Positions 9,420-22,429 of a stretch of DNA of 64,000 nt are shown one piece after another; positions within the stretch are counted from its first letter, which is position 1; each line of letters opens with the position of its first letter. The DNA is taken from the NCBI GenBank assembly GCA_965215365.1, contig CBDCDS010000003.1:1824001-1888000 (forward strand), in the 5' to 3' direction. The notes beneath the pieces were generated by a model. It saw nothing but the letters and a program-made list of their open reading frames with translations, had not been told where the DNA came from and made no database searches. Source of the DNA: Gammaproteobacteria bacterium. Its GTDB lineage: Bacteria > Pseudomonadota > Gammaproteobacteria > Eutrophobiales > Eutrophobiaceae. The translations under genes and the position numbers were made by a program.

Positions 9420-10592
9420 CTAAAGCAGGCAGGCTTTCAGTTTTTCAAGGTCATGGTGGCGGCTGGGGATGTCGTTGCGGTCTGCGGCCAGGCGCAGATC
9501 GCGCAGTTTTTCCAGTGCATTGAGTAGCACCGGCAGCGGCGGGCCGCTGGCGGTAATGTTGACCAGTCCTGCCTCAGGCAGGGCCGCCGCTGGTTTTTCG
9601 ATGAACTTCTGTACCAGGTTGTCGTGGTGAGAAGCGGCAGTGGCACCGTGTAGTGCAACCACTTCCAGATAGGCCTTGAGGTTTTTTTGGAACCAGTCAC
9701 GGGTATGGTGCTGCTCTAGGTCCTGCAGGAACTCGTCCATGAAACTTTTGCGTCGCATACAATCCTTTAATAATGCCTGCTCCTCAGGCAGCATGAACAG
9801 GAACTTGTCCACCAGTACCTGTGCGTAGGACGGATTGTCGGCGCTGCACAAGCCCAGCAGCATGTCGATGGCGTTGATGCCGGCAAAGTCGCCGGCATTG
9901 GCGCCGCGATAGACATTGGGGCCGACCCGGTAGGGTTTGTAGTACGGACGCACACAGTTGAAGAAACGGTCGGTATCCAAGGCTTCGAACAGGCGCTCAT
10001 TGAAGCGGATGACATCTTCCAGGGCGGTCTTTGCCAGTTCAAACAAATGTGCAGCCAGGGGATGGGAAATCCCCAGGGGCAGAATGCGTCGCAGCGCGTC
10101 GGCTGCGCGTTGGTAGGCGAATATCCCTAGGATGTTGTAATCCAGGAACAGGAACTCATCTTGCAATGAGGTAAACGAGCGATACACGCCGTCTTTGGCC
10201 GGGTTGAAGGTCGCCATGTGGCTAGTGGCGAAGCGCGGGGTTACGCCCAGGGTGGTCGCTAAGTGCAGGGCCAGCGCCGAGGCCTCTACCAGGGGCGAGG
10301 TCGTCTCCCGTGACGGCTCGGTAATATCGTGCCGGCGGCACGCGGCCATGAAAAAGCCGACGCAACCGAGCAGGTTGTATTGCCGGTCGAACCCCTCGTC
10401 GGTGTTGCCTTCCCTGAGCAGCAGCACAATATGGCTGTTGCCTTCCGCCACCAGATTTTGCTTGATCGACTCCCCCACGCCGGCCACAGCCTGTCGGTTT
10501 TCCTGGGCGAAATACATTTCCTCCAGCTCCGTATTCATCTCCACGAAGGAAGTGCGCAGCCAGTGGTCGAACTGTTCTGTGTTGTTACTCAT
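9420..10592 (-). CDS. PrnB-family (DUF1864) heme-dependent oxygenase, IDO/TDO superfamily
   Basis: N-terminus [38 protein letters not shown] and TASGPPL, recognised as typical of this family. Confidence 0.75.
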   Translation of the reverse strand: MSNNTEQFDHWLRTSFVEMNTELEEMYFAQENRQAVAGVGESIKQNLVAEGNSHIVLLLREGNTDEGFDRQYNLLGCVGFFMAACRRHDITEPSRETTSPLVEASALALHLATTLGVTPRFATSHMATFNPAKDGVYRSFTSLQDEFLFLDYNILGIFAYQRAADALRRILPLGISHPLAAHLFELAKTALEDVIRFNERLFEALDTDRFFNCVRPYYKPYRVGPNVYRGANAGDFAGINAIDMLLGLCSADNPSYAQVLVDKFLFMLPEEQALLKDCMRRKSFMDEFLQDLEQHHTRDWFQKNLKAYLEVVALHGATAASHHDNLVQKFIEKPAAALPEAGLVNITASGPPLPVLLNALEKLRDLRLAADRNDIPSRHHDLEKLKACLL

Positions 10593-12258
10593 TTTCAGAC
10601 CGCCGCCAGTAATCGTGTACGGTCTGCTTCATATCCCGGCGCAGCAGCAGGATGCCGAACAGGTTGGGCAGCGCCATCAGGGCCAGGGTGACGGCGGAGA
10701 ACAACCAGACCATGGAAGTATCAACCACTGCGGCGATGAAGAAGGCCGCGCAATAGCACAGACGGTAGGGCAGCACCCAGCGCAGCCCGAACAGGTAGGT
10801 AATGGCGCGATCGCCGTAGTAGGACCAGGCAATGGCCGTAGTGAAGGCAAACAACATCAGCCCCAGGGTGACTGCGTACTGACCGTAATCGCCCAGGAAG
10901 CTACGCTTGAAGGCTTCGACCGTGAGCGGCACGGAATGCAGCAGAGACTTGCCGCGCAAGGACACCGTGCCGGCCTGCTCAGCGGCCAGTTTGCCATCCC
11001 GGATCAGTATGCGGCCGTTGTAGGCGGTGCCGTTGACGTGAAAATAGACCTCCTCGGCAATGGAGCGATTGTGCAGAATGGTGATGTCGCCAGCGCTGAA
11101 GTGCCCGTCTGTTACCTCGAAACTGCCGTTGGCAGGCGCTACCGGCTCGCGCCCCGGCGTCAGCGCGTTGAGATGCCGGAACAGGGCCTGCACCTGCGCC
11201 GGGTCGGCCTCGGTGTAGTGGCCGCTGATGAAGCGGGTGTCGAAAGTCTGAAAGTCATTGTCGAACTTTTCCTTCCAGACCCCGGAGGACAGGATGACCA
11301 GCCCGGTCAGGGTGCAGATGACTAGGGTATCGATAAACGGTTCCAGCAGCGAGACCATGCCTTCGGACACCGGTTCGTCGCCGCGCGCCGAGGCATGAGC
11401 GATAGGTGCCGAACCCTGACCGGCCTCGTTGGAGAACAGGCCGCGGTTGACACCGCGGTTGAACGCGTAGGCGAAGGTGGCGCCGAGAAATCCGCCGCTT
11501 GCGGCAGTGTCGGTGAAGGCGCTGCTGAACACGCTGAGAAATGCCGGGATGACATCCTCAAGATTGGCAAGGATAACCGCCAGCGCGCCGATTAAATAAA
11601 GCAGCCCCATGAGCGGCACAATGGCGGCGGTGACGCGGGCGATACGGCGGATGCCGCCGAGGATGACCAGACCGAGCAGGAACGCAAACAGCGCGCCGGT
11701 GACCCAGGTGGGGATGCCGAAGGAGGTATTCAGGCCGGCTGCCATGTTGTTGCTTTGTGGCATGTTGCCAGAGCCCAGGGTGCTGAAAATTGTCGCCACC
11801 GCAAAGAACACGGCCAGCCACTTCATGTTCAGCGCGCGTTCCATGTAGTACATGGGGCCGCCTGCTATCTCGCCGTTGTCGTCCTTCACACGGTATTTGT
11901 GCGAGAGGGTCACCTCCACGAACTTGGTTGTCATCCCGACAAAGGCCGTAGCCCACATCCAGAACAGCGCGGCCGGTCCGCCCAGATGCAGTGCCAGGGC
12001 CACGCCACCGATGTTGCCGGTGCCGACGGTGCCGGACAGGGCTGTGGACAGAGCCTGGAAGTGGGAGGTATCGCCCTCGGCCTCGCGGCGGGTATAACGC
12101 CCGGCCAACGTCGCCCAGGCGCGCTTGAAGTAGCGTATCTGCGGGAAGCCCAGATACAGGGTAAAAAATACGCCTGTTCCCAGCAGCAGCCACGGAAAAT
12201 ACCAGGCCGCCCCCAGCATGCTGTCAAGCCGGGAGAATAAATCGCTGAATACTTGCAT
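10585..12258 (-). CDS. Na+/alanine-glycine symporter (AGCS family) with a large extracytoplasmic insert
   Basis: [47 protein letters not shown] and WSYYGD. Confidence 0.92.
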   Translation of the reverse strand: MQVFSDLFSRLDSMLGAAWYFPWLLLGTGVFFTLYLGFPQIRYFKRAWATLAGRYTRREAEGDTSHFQALSTALSGTVGTGNIGGVALALHLGGPAALFWMWATAFVGMTTKFVEVTLSHKYRVKDDNGEIAGGPMYYMERALNMKWLAVFFAVATIFSTLGSGNMPQSNNMAAGLNTSFGIPTWVTGALFAFLLGLVILGGIRRIARVTAAIVPLMGLLYLIGALAVILANLEDVIPAFLSVFSSAFTDTAASGGFLGATFAYAFNRGVNRGLFSNEAGQGSAPIAHASARGDEPVSEGMVSLLEPFIDTLVICTLTGLVILSSGVWKEKFDNDFQTFDTRFISGHYTEADPAQVQALFRHLNALTPGREPVAPANGSFEVTDGHFSAGDITILHNRSIAEEVYFHVNGTAYNGRILIRDGKLAAEQAGTVSLRGKSLLHSVPLTVEAFKRSFLGDYGQYAVTLGLMLFAFTTAIAWSYYGDRAITYLFGLRWVLPYRLCYCAAFFIAAVVDTSMVWLFSAVTLALMALPNLFGILLLRRDMKQTVHDYWRRSENE

Positions 12259-12417
12259 CGTCCCGCCAGTATCCATGAGCGCCGCGCAAACATCAACCTG
12301 TAAAATCCGGTTCGCCATGCAACCTGTGAAAAGTTCGGATAACTCCGTTTATCTTTGCATTATGCGGGGGGACATTGTATGATACCGACCGGTCTTCAAT
12401 CTTCACAGGAGCACAAC

Positions 12418-12555
12418 ATGAACAGATTATTGATTGTCATACTCACAACGCTACTGCTGCCCGCCAGCGCATTCGCACATCACCACGACGAGGACGACAA
12501 ACAGGTTGAAAAAAAACGCCATGCTGTTCACCACTTGGTGAGCTCTGCGGGCTAA
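12418..12555 (+). CDS. Small His-rich exported peptide or truncated gene (45 aa)
   Basis: RBS CAGGAG. Signal peptide ends ASAFA and is followed by HHHDEDD...HAVHHLV. Confidence 0.45.
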   Translation: MNRLLIVILTTLLLPASAFAHHHDEDDKQVEKKRHAVHHLVSSAG

Positions 12556-12558
12556 CGG

Positions 12559-13656
12559 ATGCCGCACGCCGTTCTCGTTCATATCAATTTTCAAAATCCG
12601 AGTTATAACGAGGAGCTGCGCGAGTTTGTGCAGTTGACCGAATCTTCCGGGCTGCTTCCGGCCGAGACGATTACCGGCAGCCGCGCCCGCCCGGATGCAC
12701 GGTTTTTCATCGGTTCCGGCAAAATGGAGCAGATCAAGCAAGCCGCCGCTTTGCATGAAGCGGGTATCGTGATCTTCAATCATGGATTATCGCCAGCTCA
12801 GGAACGCAACTTAGAGCGGGAGATACATTGCCGGGTGCTGGATCGGGTCGGGCTGATTCTGGATATTTTCTCCCAGCGCGCCAGAACCTACGAGGGCAAG
12901 TTGCAGGTGGAGCTGGCGCAGCTGCAGCATTTGTCCACGCGTCTGGTACGAGGCTGGTCACATCTGGAGCGGCAGAAAGGCGGTATCGGGCTGAGGGGTC
13001 CCGGTGAAACCCAGCTGGAGACAGATCGACGCCTGCTCGGTAAGCGCATCAAAACGATCCGTGCCCGGCTCGACAAGGTGAAAAGCCGCCGCGAGCAGGG
13101 GCGCCGACTGCGTCAACGTAACCAGATTCCCGTGGTCTCTCTGGTAGGTTACACCAATGCCGGCAAATCCACCTTGTTCAACCGCTTGACCGGCGCTGAT
13201 GTATATTGCGCCGACCAGCTGTTTGCCACCTTGGACCCCACCATCAGGAGAGCCCGGGTCGCTGCCGACCTGTCGGTATTGTTGAGCGATACGGTAGGAT
13301 TTATCCGCCATATCCCGCACCATCTGGTGGCCTCGTTTCATGCTACCTTAGATGAGATAAAAAGCGCGAATTTATTGTTACATGTGGTTGATATAAATGA
13401 TGATCACCACACGCGCATCGACGAAGTAAACCAAGTGATAGCGGCACTGGACGCGACCTCCATCCCGCAGCTGCTGGTCTTTAACAAAACCGATCTGGTG
13501 GAAAACGGGATAAGTAACGACGCGCGGGCAGCGGGCGCGCACAATGGCATCGATGGCGCCGGCGCCCGCGCCTGGGTTTCAGCCCGCACCGGCGCCGGCC
13601 TCCCGGAGTTAAAGTGCCTGATCCGGCAGGCGTTGGTTCCTGCGGCACCCGCCTGA
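12559..13656 (+). CDS. hflX: GTPase HflX (short; C-terminal domain apparently absent)
   Basis: GPGETQLETDRR, GYTNAGKST, DTVGF and NKTD. Confidence 0.95.
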   Translation: MPHAVLVHINFQNPSYNEELREFVQLTESSGLLPAETITGSRARPDARFFIGSGKMEQIKQAAALHEAGIVIFNHGLSPAQERNLEREIHCRVLDRVGLILDIFSQRARTYEGKLQVELAQLQHLSTRLVRGWSHLERQKGGIGLRGPGETQLETDRRLLGKRIKTIRARLDKVKSRREQGRRLRQRNQIPVVSLVGYTNAGKSTLFNRLTGADVYCADQLFATLDPTIRRARVAADLSVLLSDTVGFIRHIPHHLVASFHATLDEIKSANLLLHVVDINDDHHTRIDEVNQVIAALDATSIPQLLVFNKTDLVENGISNDARAAGAHNGIDGAGARAWVSARTGAGLPELKCLIRQALVPAAPA

Positions 13657-13770
13657 TGGCGCCTCGTTTGCAGACATACATCGCAAAAATGCCACGGAAG
13701 GCATTTTTGGAAGTTTCATCGAATCTTGTGGTAAACTGTGCCGGTTTTTTGACTACCTGAGGTAAATCGT

Positions 13771-14928
13771 ATGGCCTGGAATGAACCGCCGGACAACAAG
13801 GGGCAGGACCCTTGGGGTAACCGGAGCCGGAAAGGGGACGGCCCGCCTGACCTAGATGACATTGTGCGTAAAATGCAGGAAGGCTTTGGCAGCTTGTTTG
13901 GCGGCAAGTCCCCCAAGTCCGCCAAATCCAAATCCGAAAAAGGCGGCGGCTTTCCCTTCGCCTGGCTGATCGCAGTCATCGTCTTGGTGCTGTTGCTGTT
14001 GGTGGACATCACCTATCTGGTGGACCAGCAGGAACGCGGCGTGGTGATGCGTTTCGGGAATTATGAGAGAATCCTGCAACCGGGTCTGAATTTTACTTTC
14101 CCCAGTGTCATCGACCGCGTGGTCATCGTCAATGTCGGCCAGGTGCGTTCCATCACGCACAAGGCCGCTATGCTGACTCAGGATGAAAACATTGTGGATG
14201 TGGAAGTCGCAGTACAGTGGCGCATCAACGATCCGGCGGACTTCATTTTCAACGTCAAGGACCCGGCCTTGACCCTGCGCCAGGTGGCGGAGAGCGCAGT
14301 GCGCGCCATCATCGGGCAGAGTGTGCTGGATTACGTGCTGACCGAGGGCCGTAGCGAGATTGCCCAGACTCAACAGGAACTCATGCAGAGAATCCTGAAT
14401 GATGACTATCAGGCCGGCATTCTTATCGTCACTGTGGAAATGCAGCCGGCCAAGCCGCCGGAACAGGTCAAGGCCGCCTTTGATGACGCCATCAAGGCCC
14501 GGGAGGATGAGCAGCGTTTAGTCAACGAAGCGGAGGCTTATCGCAATGACATCCTGCCCCGGGCGCGCGGCGCCGCGGCGCGGGTACGCGAGGAGGCGAA
14601 TGCGTACAAGGCCTCGGTCATCGCCAGGTCTGAAGGTGATGCAGCCCGGTTTGAGCAACTGTTGGCCGAATATGAGCAGGCGCCGGAAATCACCCGCAAG
14701 CGGCTGTATCTGGAGTCCATCGAGGCGGTGTTGTCCAGTACGAACAAGGTGTTACTGGACGCAGAGAGCAGCAACAGCCTGATGTACCTGCCGTTGGACA
14801 AGCTCATGCAGTCACGCAGTTCCGGCTCTTTGAACCTGCCCCGGGAACTTAACAACGACGGTGCCGCGTCGCAGACGGCAAGAGAGATTGCCGAGCGCGC
14901 GGCCAACCGAGTGCGAGGAGTGAGATGA
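13771..14928 (+). CDS. hflK: FtsH modulator HflK
   Basis: MAWNEP...DPWG...PPDLDD N-terminus and an SPFH domain. Confidence 0.96.
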   Translation: MAWNEPPDNKGQDPWGNRSRKGDGPPDLDDIVRKMQEGFGSLFGGKSPKSAKSKSEKGGGFPFAWLIAVIVLVLLLLVDITYLVDQQERGVVMRFGNYERILQPGLNFTFPSVIDRVVIVNVGQVRSITHKAAMLTQDENIVDVEVAVQWRINDPADFIFNVKDPALTLRQVAESAVRAIIGQSVLDYVLTEGRSEIAQTQQELMQRILNDDYQAGILIVTVEMQPAKPPEQVKAAFDDAIKAREDEQRLVNEAEAYRNDILPRARGAAARVREEANAYKASVIARSEGDAARFEQLLAEYEQAPEITRKRLYLESIEAVLSSTNKVLLDAESSNSLMYLPLDKLMQSRSSGSLNLPRELNNDGAASQTAREIAERAANRVRGVR

Positions 14929-15791
14929 CCCTACTGAGAATTATTCTACCCATTGCCCTGCTGGCCATAGTCGCTTATTTCTCACTGTTCAGAGTGCAGG
15001 AGTACGAGCAGGCCATTGTGTTCCAGTTCCGGGAAATCCAGCGGTCTGACTATGAACCGGGACTGCATGTCATGATCCCTATCGTCAATACCGTGAAGAA
15101 ATTTGAGAAACGCCTGCTGAACCTGGACCAGGAACCGCAGCGTTTCCTCACGGTGGAGAAAAAGGATCTGATTGTCGATTACTATGCAAAATGGCGTATT
15201 TCCGATGTCGAGAAGTTTTACGTGGCCACGCGCGGCGGCGATATTGATTACGCCAACGGCCTGCTGGGGCAGCGCATCAACCGCGCCTTGCGTGACGAGT
15301 TCGGTAAACGCACGGTGCAGGAAGTCGTGGCCGGAGAGCGTGGCGAGATCCTGGATGTGGTTGAGAGCACCACCGAGCAGCTGCAGGATGAGCTGGGCAT
15401 CACCATTGCTGATGTCAGGACCAAGCGTATCGATCTGCCTGAAGATGTGAGTGAATCAGTTTACGACCGGATGCGCGCCGAGCGCACCCGGGTGGCCAAG
15501 GACTTCCGCGCGCGGGGGGAAGAGGCGGCTGAGAAAATTCGGGCCAATGCCGATCGAGAACGGGAAATTATCCTGGCTGACGCCTATAAAGACGCAGAGA
15601 CCGTACGCGGCGAGGGCGATGCCCGCGCCACCGAGATCTACGCCGGCGCGTACGGGAAAAACCAGGGGTTTTACACGCTGTATCGCAGTCTGAATGCGTA
15701 CCGCACCAGTTTCAGCAACAACAGCGACATTCTGCTGCTTGAACCGGATTCTGATTTTTTCAAATATTTCAACAATCCCCAGGGTGACTGA
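14925..15791 (+). CDS. hflC: FtsH modulator HflC
   Basis: SPFH domain, RMRAER, C-terminal PDSDFFKYF. It overlaps hflK. Confidence 0.96.
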   Translation: MTLLRIILPIALLAIVAYFSLFRVQEYEQAIVFQFREIQRSDYEPGLHVMIPIVNTVKKFEKRLLNLDQEPQRFLTVEKKDLIVDYYAKWRISDVEKFYVATRGGDIDYANGLLGQRINRALRDEFGKRTVQEVVAGERGEILDVVESTTEQLQDELGITIADVRTKRIDLPEDVSESVYDRMRAERTRVAKDFRARGEEAAEKIRANADREREIILADAYKDAETVRGEGDARATEIYAGAYGKNQGFYTLYRSLNAYRTSFSNNSDILLLEPDSDFFKYFNNPQGD

Positions 15792-15820
15792 CCGGGCGCG
15801 CCCGGCATGGAGCAGCCGCC

Positions 15821-16006
15821 ATGTGGACCGAACTGCTGAGCGCGCTTGCGCTGGTTTTGATCCTGGAAGGGCTCATGCCGTTCCTGCATCCGAACTGGAT
15901 TAAACGCATGTTCCTGGCGGCTTCACAACTGGACAATAACAGTCTGCGCTTCATCGGAGTAAGCAGTATGCTGCTGGGTGTGGCGCTGTTATACCTCGTG
16001 CGCTGA
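15821..16006 (+). CDS. DUF2065 (YjeT-like) membrane protein
   Basis: LVLILEGLMPFL motif, in the conserved position after hflC. Confidence 0.88.
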   Translation: MWTELLSALALVLILEGLMPFLHPNWIKRMFLAASQLDNNSLRFIGVSSMLLGVALLYLVR

Positions 16007-16035
16007 GGCGCGGGTCAGTCTGAGGGCGGTATAAC

Positions 16036-18506
<2,471 letters not shown>

Positions 18507-18652
18507 AGTAGTGTCAACCAGAAAAGACGCCCGGCACATGACGTTAAACTTTGCAACCTGATGGGGGTAGGGTATTGAAGCGGTACGGTAGATACGGCGA
18601 TTTATCATGTTGTAAAAATGGCATCATAATGCATGTTTTACAACGTCTTATT

Positions 18653-18915
18653 GTAACTACTCCCCCCGTTCGTTATTCCTGCTCTCCTCAACGTCACTCA
18701 TTGCGTCCCTCCCTAGACGCAACCCTGCGGGCAGCTATCGCTGTGCAAATCGGCTATCTTGCCGATTTGTCCTGCGAATGCAGGAAGCCAGTCAATCAAA
18801 CAGTCGCTTGCGACACCTTATAAAGTATCCCTTCGGGACTTTATCTGTTTCGGACAGATTTGTAAGGCGCCTTTATGCCATTCGCTTCAGCGTAAAGTCC
18901 CGGCGGGGACTTTGA
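18653..18915. repeat. Mosaic hairpin element starting with an IS66-MITE-like left end
   Basis: Starts GTAACTACTCCCCCCGTT...CACTCATTGCGTCCC like the 6066 MITE. It contains a module homologous (reverse complement) to 26168-26240 and several stem-loops. No matching right TIR was found. Confidence 0.6.
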
Positions 18916-19007
18916 CTGAACGGAGAGTTGACAAAGTATTGGACAAGGAGTAATATTGTTGTCCTTTATGAGTAAACGCTTGCACAAACCACCACGAGGA
19001 ATTTCCA

Positions 19008-19786
19008 ATGACTTTACCACGTAGCGTTCTCATTCTGTTACTCACTTCTGTCGCGCTCATTACCGCAAGCTACGGCGACCCCGTTGAAGGGGGTGCCACT
19101 GGGCTGATGGAAATGGTTGACATCCCCGCTGGCACGTTTCGGATGGGGGGGATAAGCTTTCCAGTCAGAAACCCACCCATAGCGTCACGGTGCCGGCTTT
19201 CAAGCTCAGCAAGCACGAAGTCACCTTTGCCCAATGGGATGCCTGTGTGGCGGATGGGGGCTGTAACGGTTACAGCCCGGATGATGAAGGCTGGGGTCGT
19301 AGCAACCGCCCGGTTATCAATGTCTCTTGGAATGATGTGCAATCCTTCATAGTCTGGCTGAACGCCAGAACCGGCGGCAATTACCGCCTGCCCACGGAGG
19401 CGGAGTGGGAACATGCGGCCCGAGCCGGCGCAATCACGGCGTACAGCTGGGGAAACAACATCGGCAGCAACCGGGCGAACTGTGATGATGATTGCGGCGA
19501 CTTGCATGAATACACCGCCCCGGTAGGCAGCTTCCCGGTCAATCCTTGGGGTCTGCACGACATGCACGGCAACGTGTGGGAGTGGGTGCAGGATTGCTGG
19601 AATGGTAGTTATAAAGGCGCCCCGACGGACGGCAGCGCCTGGATAAGCGGCGATTGTAGCCGGCGCGTGATTCGGGGCGGCTCCTGGGGTATCGGTGCGT
19701 GGGACCTGCGTTCCGCCTACCGCTACGGGGACGTCCGCACATTCCGCGGCAACGACATCGGCTTTCGTTTGGTCCAGTACAAGTAG
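19008..19786 (+). pseudogene. FGE-sulfatase (SUMF1/CLec-fold) domain protein, frameshifted at a G7 tract (19145-19151)
   Basis: Signal peptide plus MVDIPAGTFRMG in one frame. PTHSVTVPAFKLSKHEVT...RLPTEAEWE...DMHGNVWEW...RGGSW...GFRL in the next frame. Confidence 0.85.
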
Positions 19787-20091
19787 AACGAGCACAGGAC
19801 GCCTGTCAGTTGCTTCGGGTTACTCATATCACCCGGTGGCGTTGTCTATGTCTTGGAGTGTGTGACACGTTTCGATGACGGTTGTCGGAGTTACCCTGGG
19901 TAATACCTGATAGGCCGACAATTCGGGTTGTCCGGATGCCTGTAGGTTAAAAAAGCTGACGCTGGCGCCGGTGTCGGCGGGCCGGTTGACACGCCAGAAT
20001 TCAAGTATTCCCAAGTCACCATTATAACAAATTGCCACTGTGGCATGGGTGTTGTTGAGGTGGGCATGTATTTCCCTTCGCTCAGGGGAAA

Positions 20092-20178
20092 TGGTGCCGA
20101 GGAAAGGACTTGAACCTTCACGGGGTTACCCCCACTAGCACCTGAAGCTAGCGCGTCTACCAATTCCGCCACCTCGGC
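20092..20178 (-). tRNA. tRNA-Leu(CAG)
   Basis: 87-nt cloverleaf GCCGAGG...CCTCGGC-ACCA, anticodon loop TT-CAG-GT, long variable arm and encoded CCA. Confidence 0.97.
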
Positions 20179-20293
20179 AGGGTGGTGACTGTTGCAGGGA
20201 ATGTTATCACCTGCAAGCAGTACTGGTGTAGAATCAGATTTTTGAAGATGACGGACTTTACCGCTAGCGGCGAGGGCTGTCAATGGATCTTGC

Positions 20294-22429
20294 ATGGGAA
20301 AGAAAAAAAGTAGCGAGAAGTACCTAGTCTCAATCCCCGAACGAGCTGAGATCTTAGAGTTTTTACAACGTTCGGGCGTGCCGCTGCAACTTGTGGACAT
20401 CGCCCAGGCGCTTGACGTGAACAGCTCAGCCGAGCGTGCGGCATTGAGCAAGCGCCTCAAGGCCATGTTGCGGGACGGGCAGCTGGTCCGCAACCGCCGC
20501 GAGGGTTACGGCCTGTTGGACAAGATGGACCTGGTGGCCGGGCGCGTCATCGGTCATGCCGACGGCTATGGTTTCTTCCGCCCCGAGCAAGGCGGTGATG
20601 ACCTGTTCCTGTCCACGCAGCAGATGCGCCGGGTGTTGCATGGCGACCACGTGGTGGTGCGTTACGGCGGCTACGACCGGCGCAATCGCCGCGAAGCGGT
20701 CATTGTGGAGGTGCTTGAACATGTCAACCACAAGGTCGTGGGGCGCTTTTACAAGGAAGGTGGCGTTGCCTTTGTCGTTCCTGACAACAAACATCTGCAT
20801 CAGGACATTCTGGTGCCGCCGCAGCGGCGCAAAAAGGCAAAATCCGGTCAATTTGTCGTGGTTGAGATCACGCATCAACCCGATAAGCATACCCAGCCGC
20901 AGGGTAAGGTCGTCGAGGTGCTGGGTCATGCCGGTTCCGTTGATATGGCCACGGAAATTGCCCTACGCGCCTATCAGATTCCCCATCAGTGGCCGGACGA
21001 AGTCACCGCGGAACTGGCGGCGCTGAAGAGGAAACCGACGCCAAAGGGGCGGCAAAACCTGCGTAACCTGCCACTGGTGACCATAGACGGTGAGGACGCC
21101 CGGGATTTTGACGACGCAGTCTATTGCGAAAAACAGGCGCGGCAGTGGCGCCTGGTGGTCGCCATCGCCGATGTGTCGCACTACGTAAAACCCGGCACGG
21201 CCCTGGACCGGGCCGCCCATGAACGGGGCAACTCCGTCTATTTTCCCAACCGCGTCGTGCCCATGCTGCCGGAACTGCTTTCCAACGACCTTTGTTCTCT
21301 TAAACCGAACACCGATCGGCTGGCCATGGTCTGCGATCTGCGTATCGGCAAAGCCGGGCAAATCAAAAAATATTACCTGTACCCGGCTGTTATCCGCTCC
21401 CGAGCCAGACTCACCTACAATCAGGTCAGCGCTATCCTGAACGGCAATGATAGCACCAACAACGACCCTGCCGGCAACCTTGCCACCCTTGCGCCCCACC
21501 TTAAGGACCTGCACGAGTTGTTTCGTATCATGCGTGCCCATCGGCAGCAGCAGGGACTGCTGGACTTTTCCTCCAGTGAAATCAGGATGTATTTTGATGA
21601 GCAGGGCAACGTCAGCGATATCCGTGCGCTGGAGCGCAATGATGCCCACAAAATCATCGAGGAATTCATGCTTGCGGCCAATGTTTCGGTGGCACAGTTT
21701 CTGCTGGAGCAGAAGCTCCCCTGTGTGTTCCGCAACCACGGCGCGCCCAACCAGGAAAAGCTCAACGACCTGGGCCGCTTCCTGGCTGATTTTAACCTGG
21801 AACTGGGGGGCGGGCTGGACCCCACCGCCAAGGATTATGCCGATTTGTTGGCGCTGGTCGCCACCCGGGAAGATCGCCACCTGATCGAGACAGTGTTGTT
21901 GCGCAGTATGCCGCTGGCCGTGTACGAAGGCAGAAATCTGGGTCATTTCGGGTTGGCATTTGCGCACTACGCGCATTTTACCTCACCGATCCGACGCTAT
22001 CCTGACCTGCTGGTGCACCGCGCCCTGCGCCACCTCCTGGAAAATGCTGACTACGGCTACAATAACAGCGACGCACACCAGCTCGGCGCGCATTTTTCCA
22101 TGACTGAACGCCGCGCCGAGGAGGCGGTGCGCGACGTTATCGCGCGCATGAAGTGTGAGTTTATGCAGGACAAGACCGGCGGTGTTTATGATGGCATTAT
22201 CTCCGGCGTGACCGGTTTCGGCCTGTTTGTGGAACTCGACGGTATTTATGTTGAAGGCCTGCTGCATATCTCCGCGCTGCCCACCGATTACTATCACTTT
22301 GATCCCATTGCGCATTCACTGGCAGGAGAACGTTCGGGCCGAAAGTTCTTTCTGGGAGACCGGCTCAGAATCAGTGTGCTGAGCGTCAGGGTGGATGAGA
22401 AAAAAATCGACTTTGAATACGTTGCCTGA
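20294..22429 (+). CDS. rnr: Ribonuclease R
   Basis: VTIDGEDARDFDDA, HFTSPIRRYPDL and a C-terminal S1 domain. It lacks a basic tail. Confidence 0.96.
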   Translation: MGKKKSSEKYLVSIPERAEILEFLQRSGVPLQLVDIAQALDVNSSAERAALSKRLKAMLRDGQLVRNRREGYGLLDKMDLVAGRVIGHADGYGFFRPEQGGDDLFLSTQQMRRVLHGDHVVVRYGGYDRRNRREAVIVEVLEHVNHKVVGRFYKEGGVAFVVPDNKHLHQDILVPPQRRKKAKSGQFVVVEITHQPDKHTQPQGKVVEVLGHAGSVDMATEIALRAYQIPHQWPDEVTAELAALKRKPTPKGRQNLRNLPLVTIDGEDARDFDDAVYCEKQARQWRLVVAIADVSHYVKPGTALDRAAHERGNSVYFPNRVVPMLPELLSNDLCSLKPNTDRLAMVCDLRIGKAGQIKKYYLYPAVIRSRARLTYNQVSAILNGNDSTNNDPAGNLATLAPHLKDLHELFRIMRAHRQQQGLLDFSSSEIRMYFDEQGNVSDIRALERNDAHKIIEEFMLAANVSVAQFLLEQKLPCVFRNHGAPNQEKLNDLGRFLADFNLELGGGLDPTAKDYADLLALVATREDRHLIETVLLRSMPLAVYEGRNLGHFGLAFAHYAHFTSPIRRYPDLLVHRALRHLLENADYGYNNSDAHQLGAHFSMTERRAEEAVRDVIARMKCEFMQDKTGGVYDGIISGVTGFGLFVELDGIYVEGLLHISALPTDYYHFDPIAHSLAGERSGRKFFLGDRLRISVLSVRVDEKKIDFEYVA

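Noticed and set aside
6187-10592. Rieske oxygenases plus PrnB-like gene as a pyrrolnitrin cluster
   Set aside because: There are no PrnA/PrnC halogenases, and the genes are separated by an oppositely oriented tupA.
19829-20068. Short minus-strand ORFs downstream of tRNA-Leu
   Set aside because: They have no recognisable motif and come from conflicting overlapping frames.
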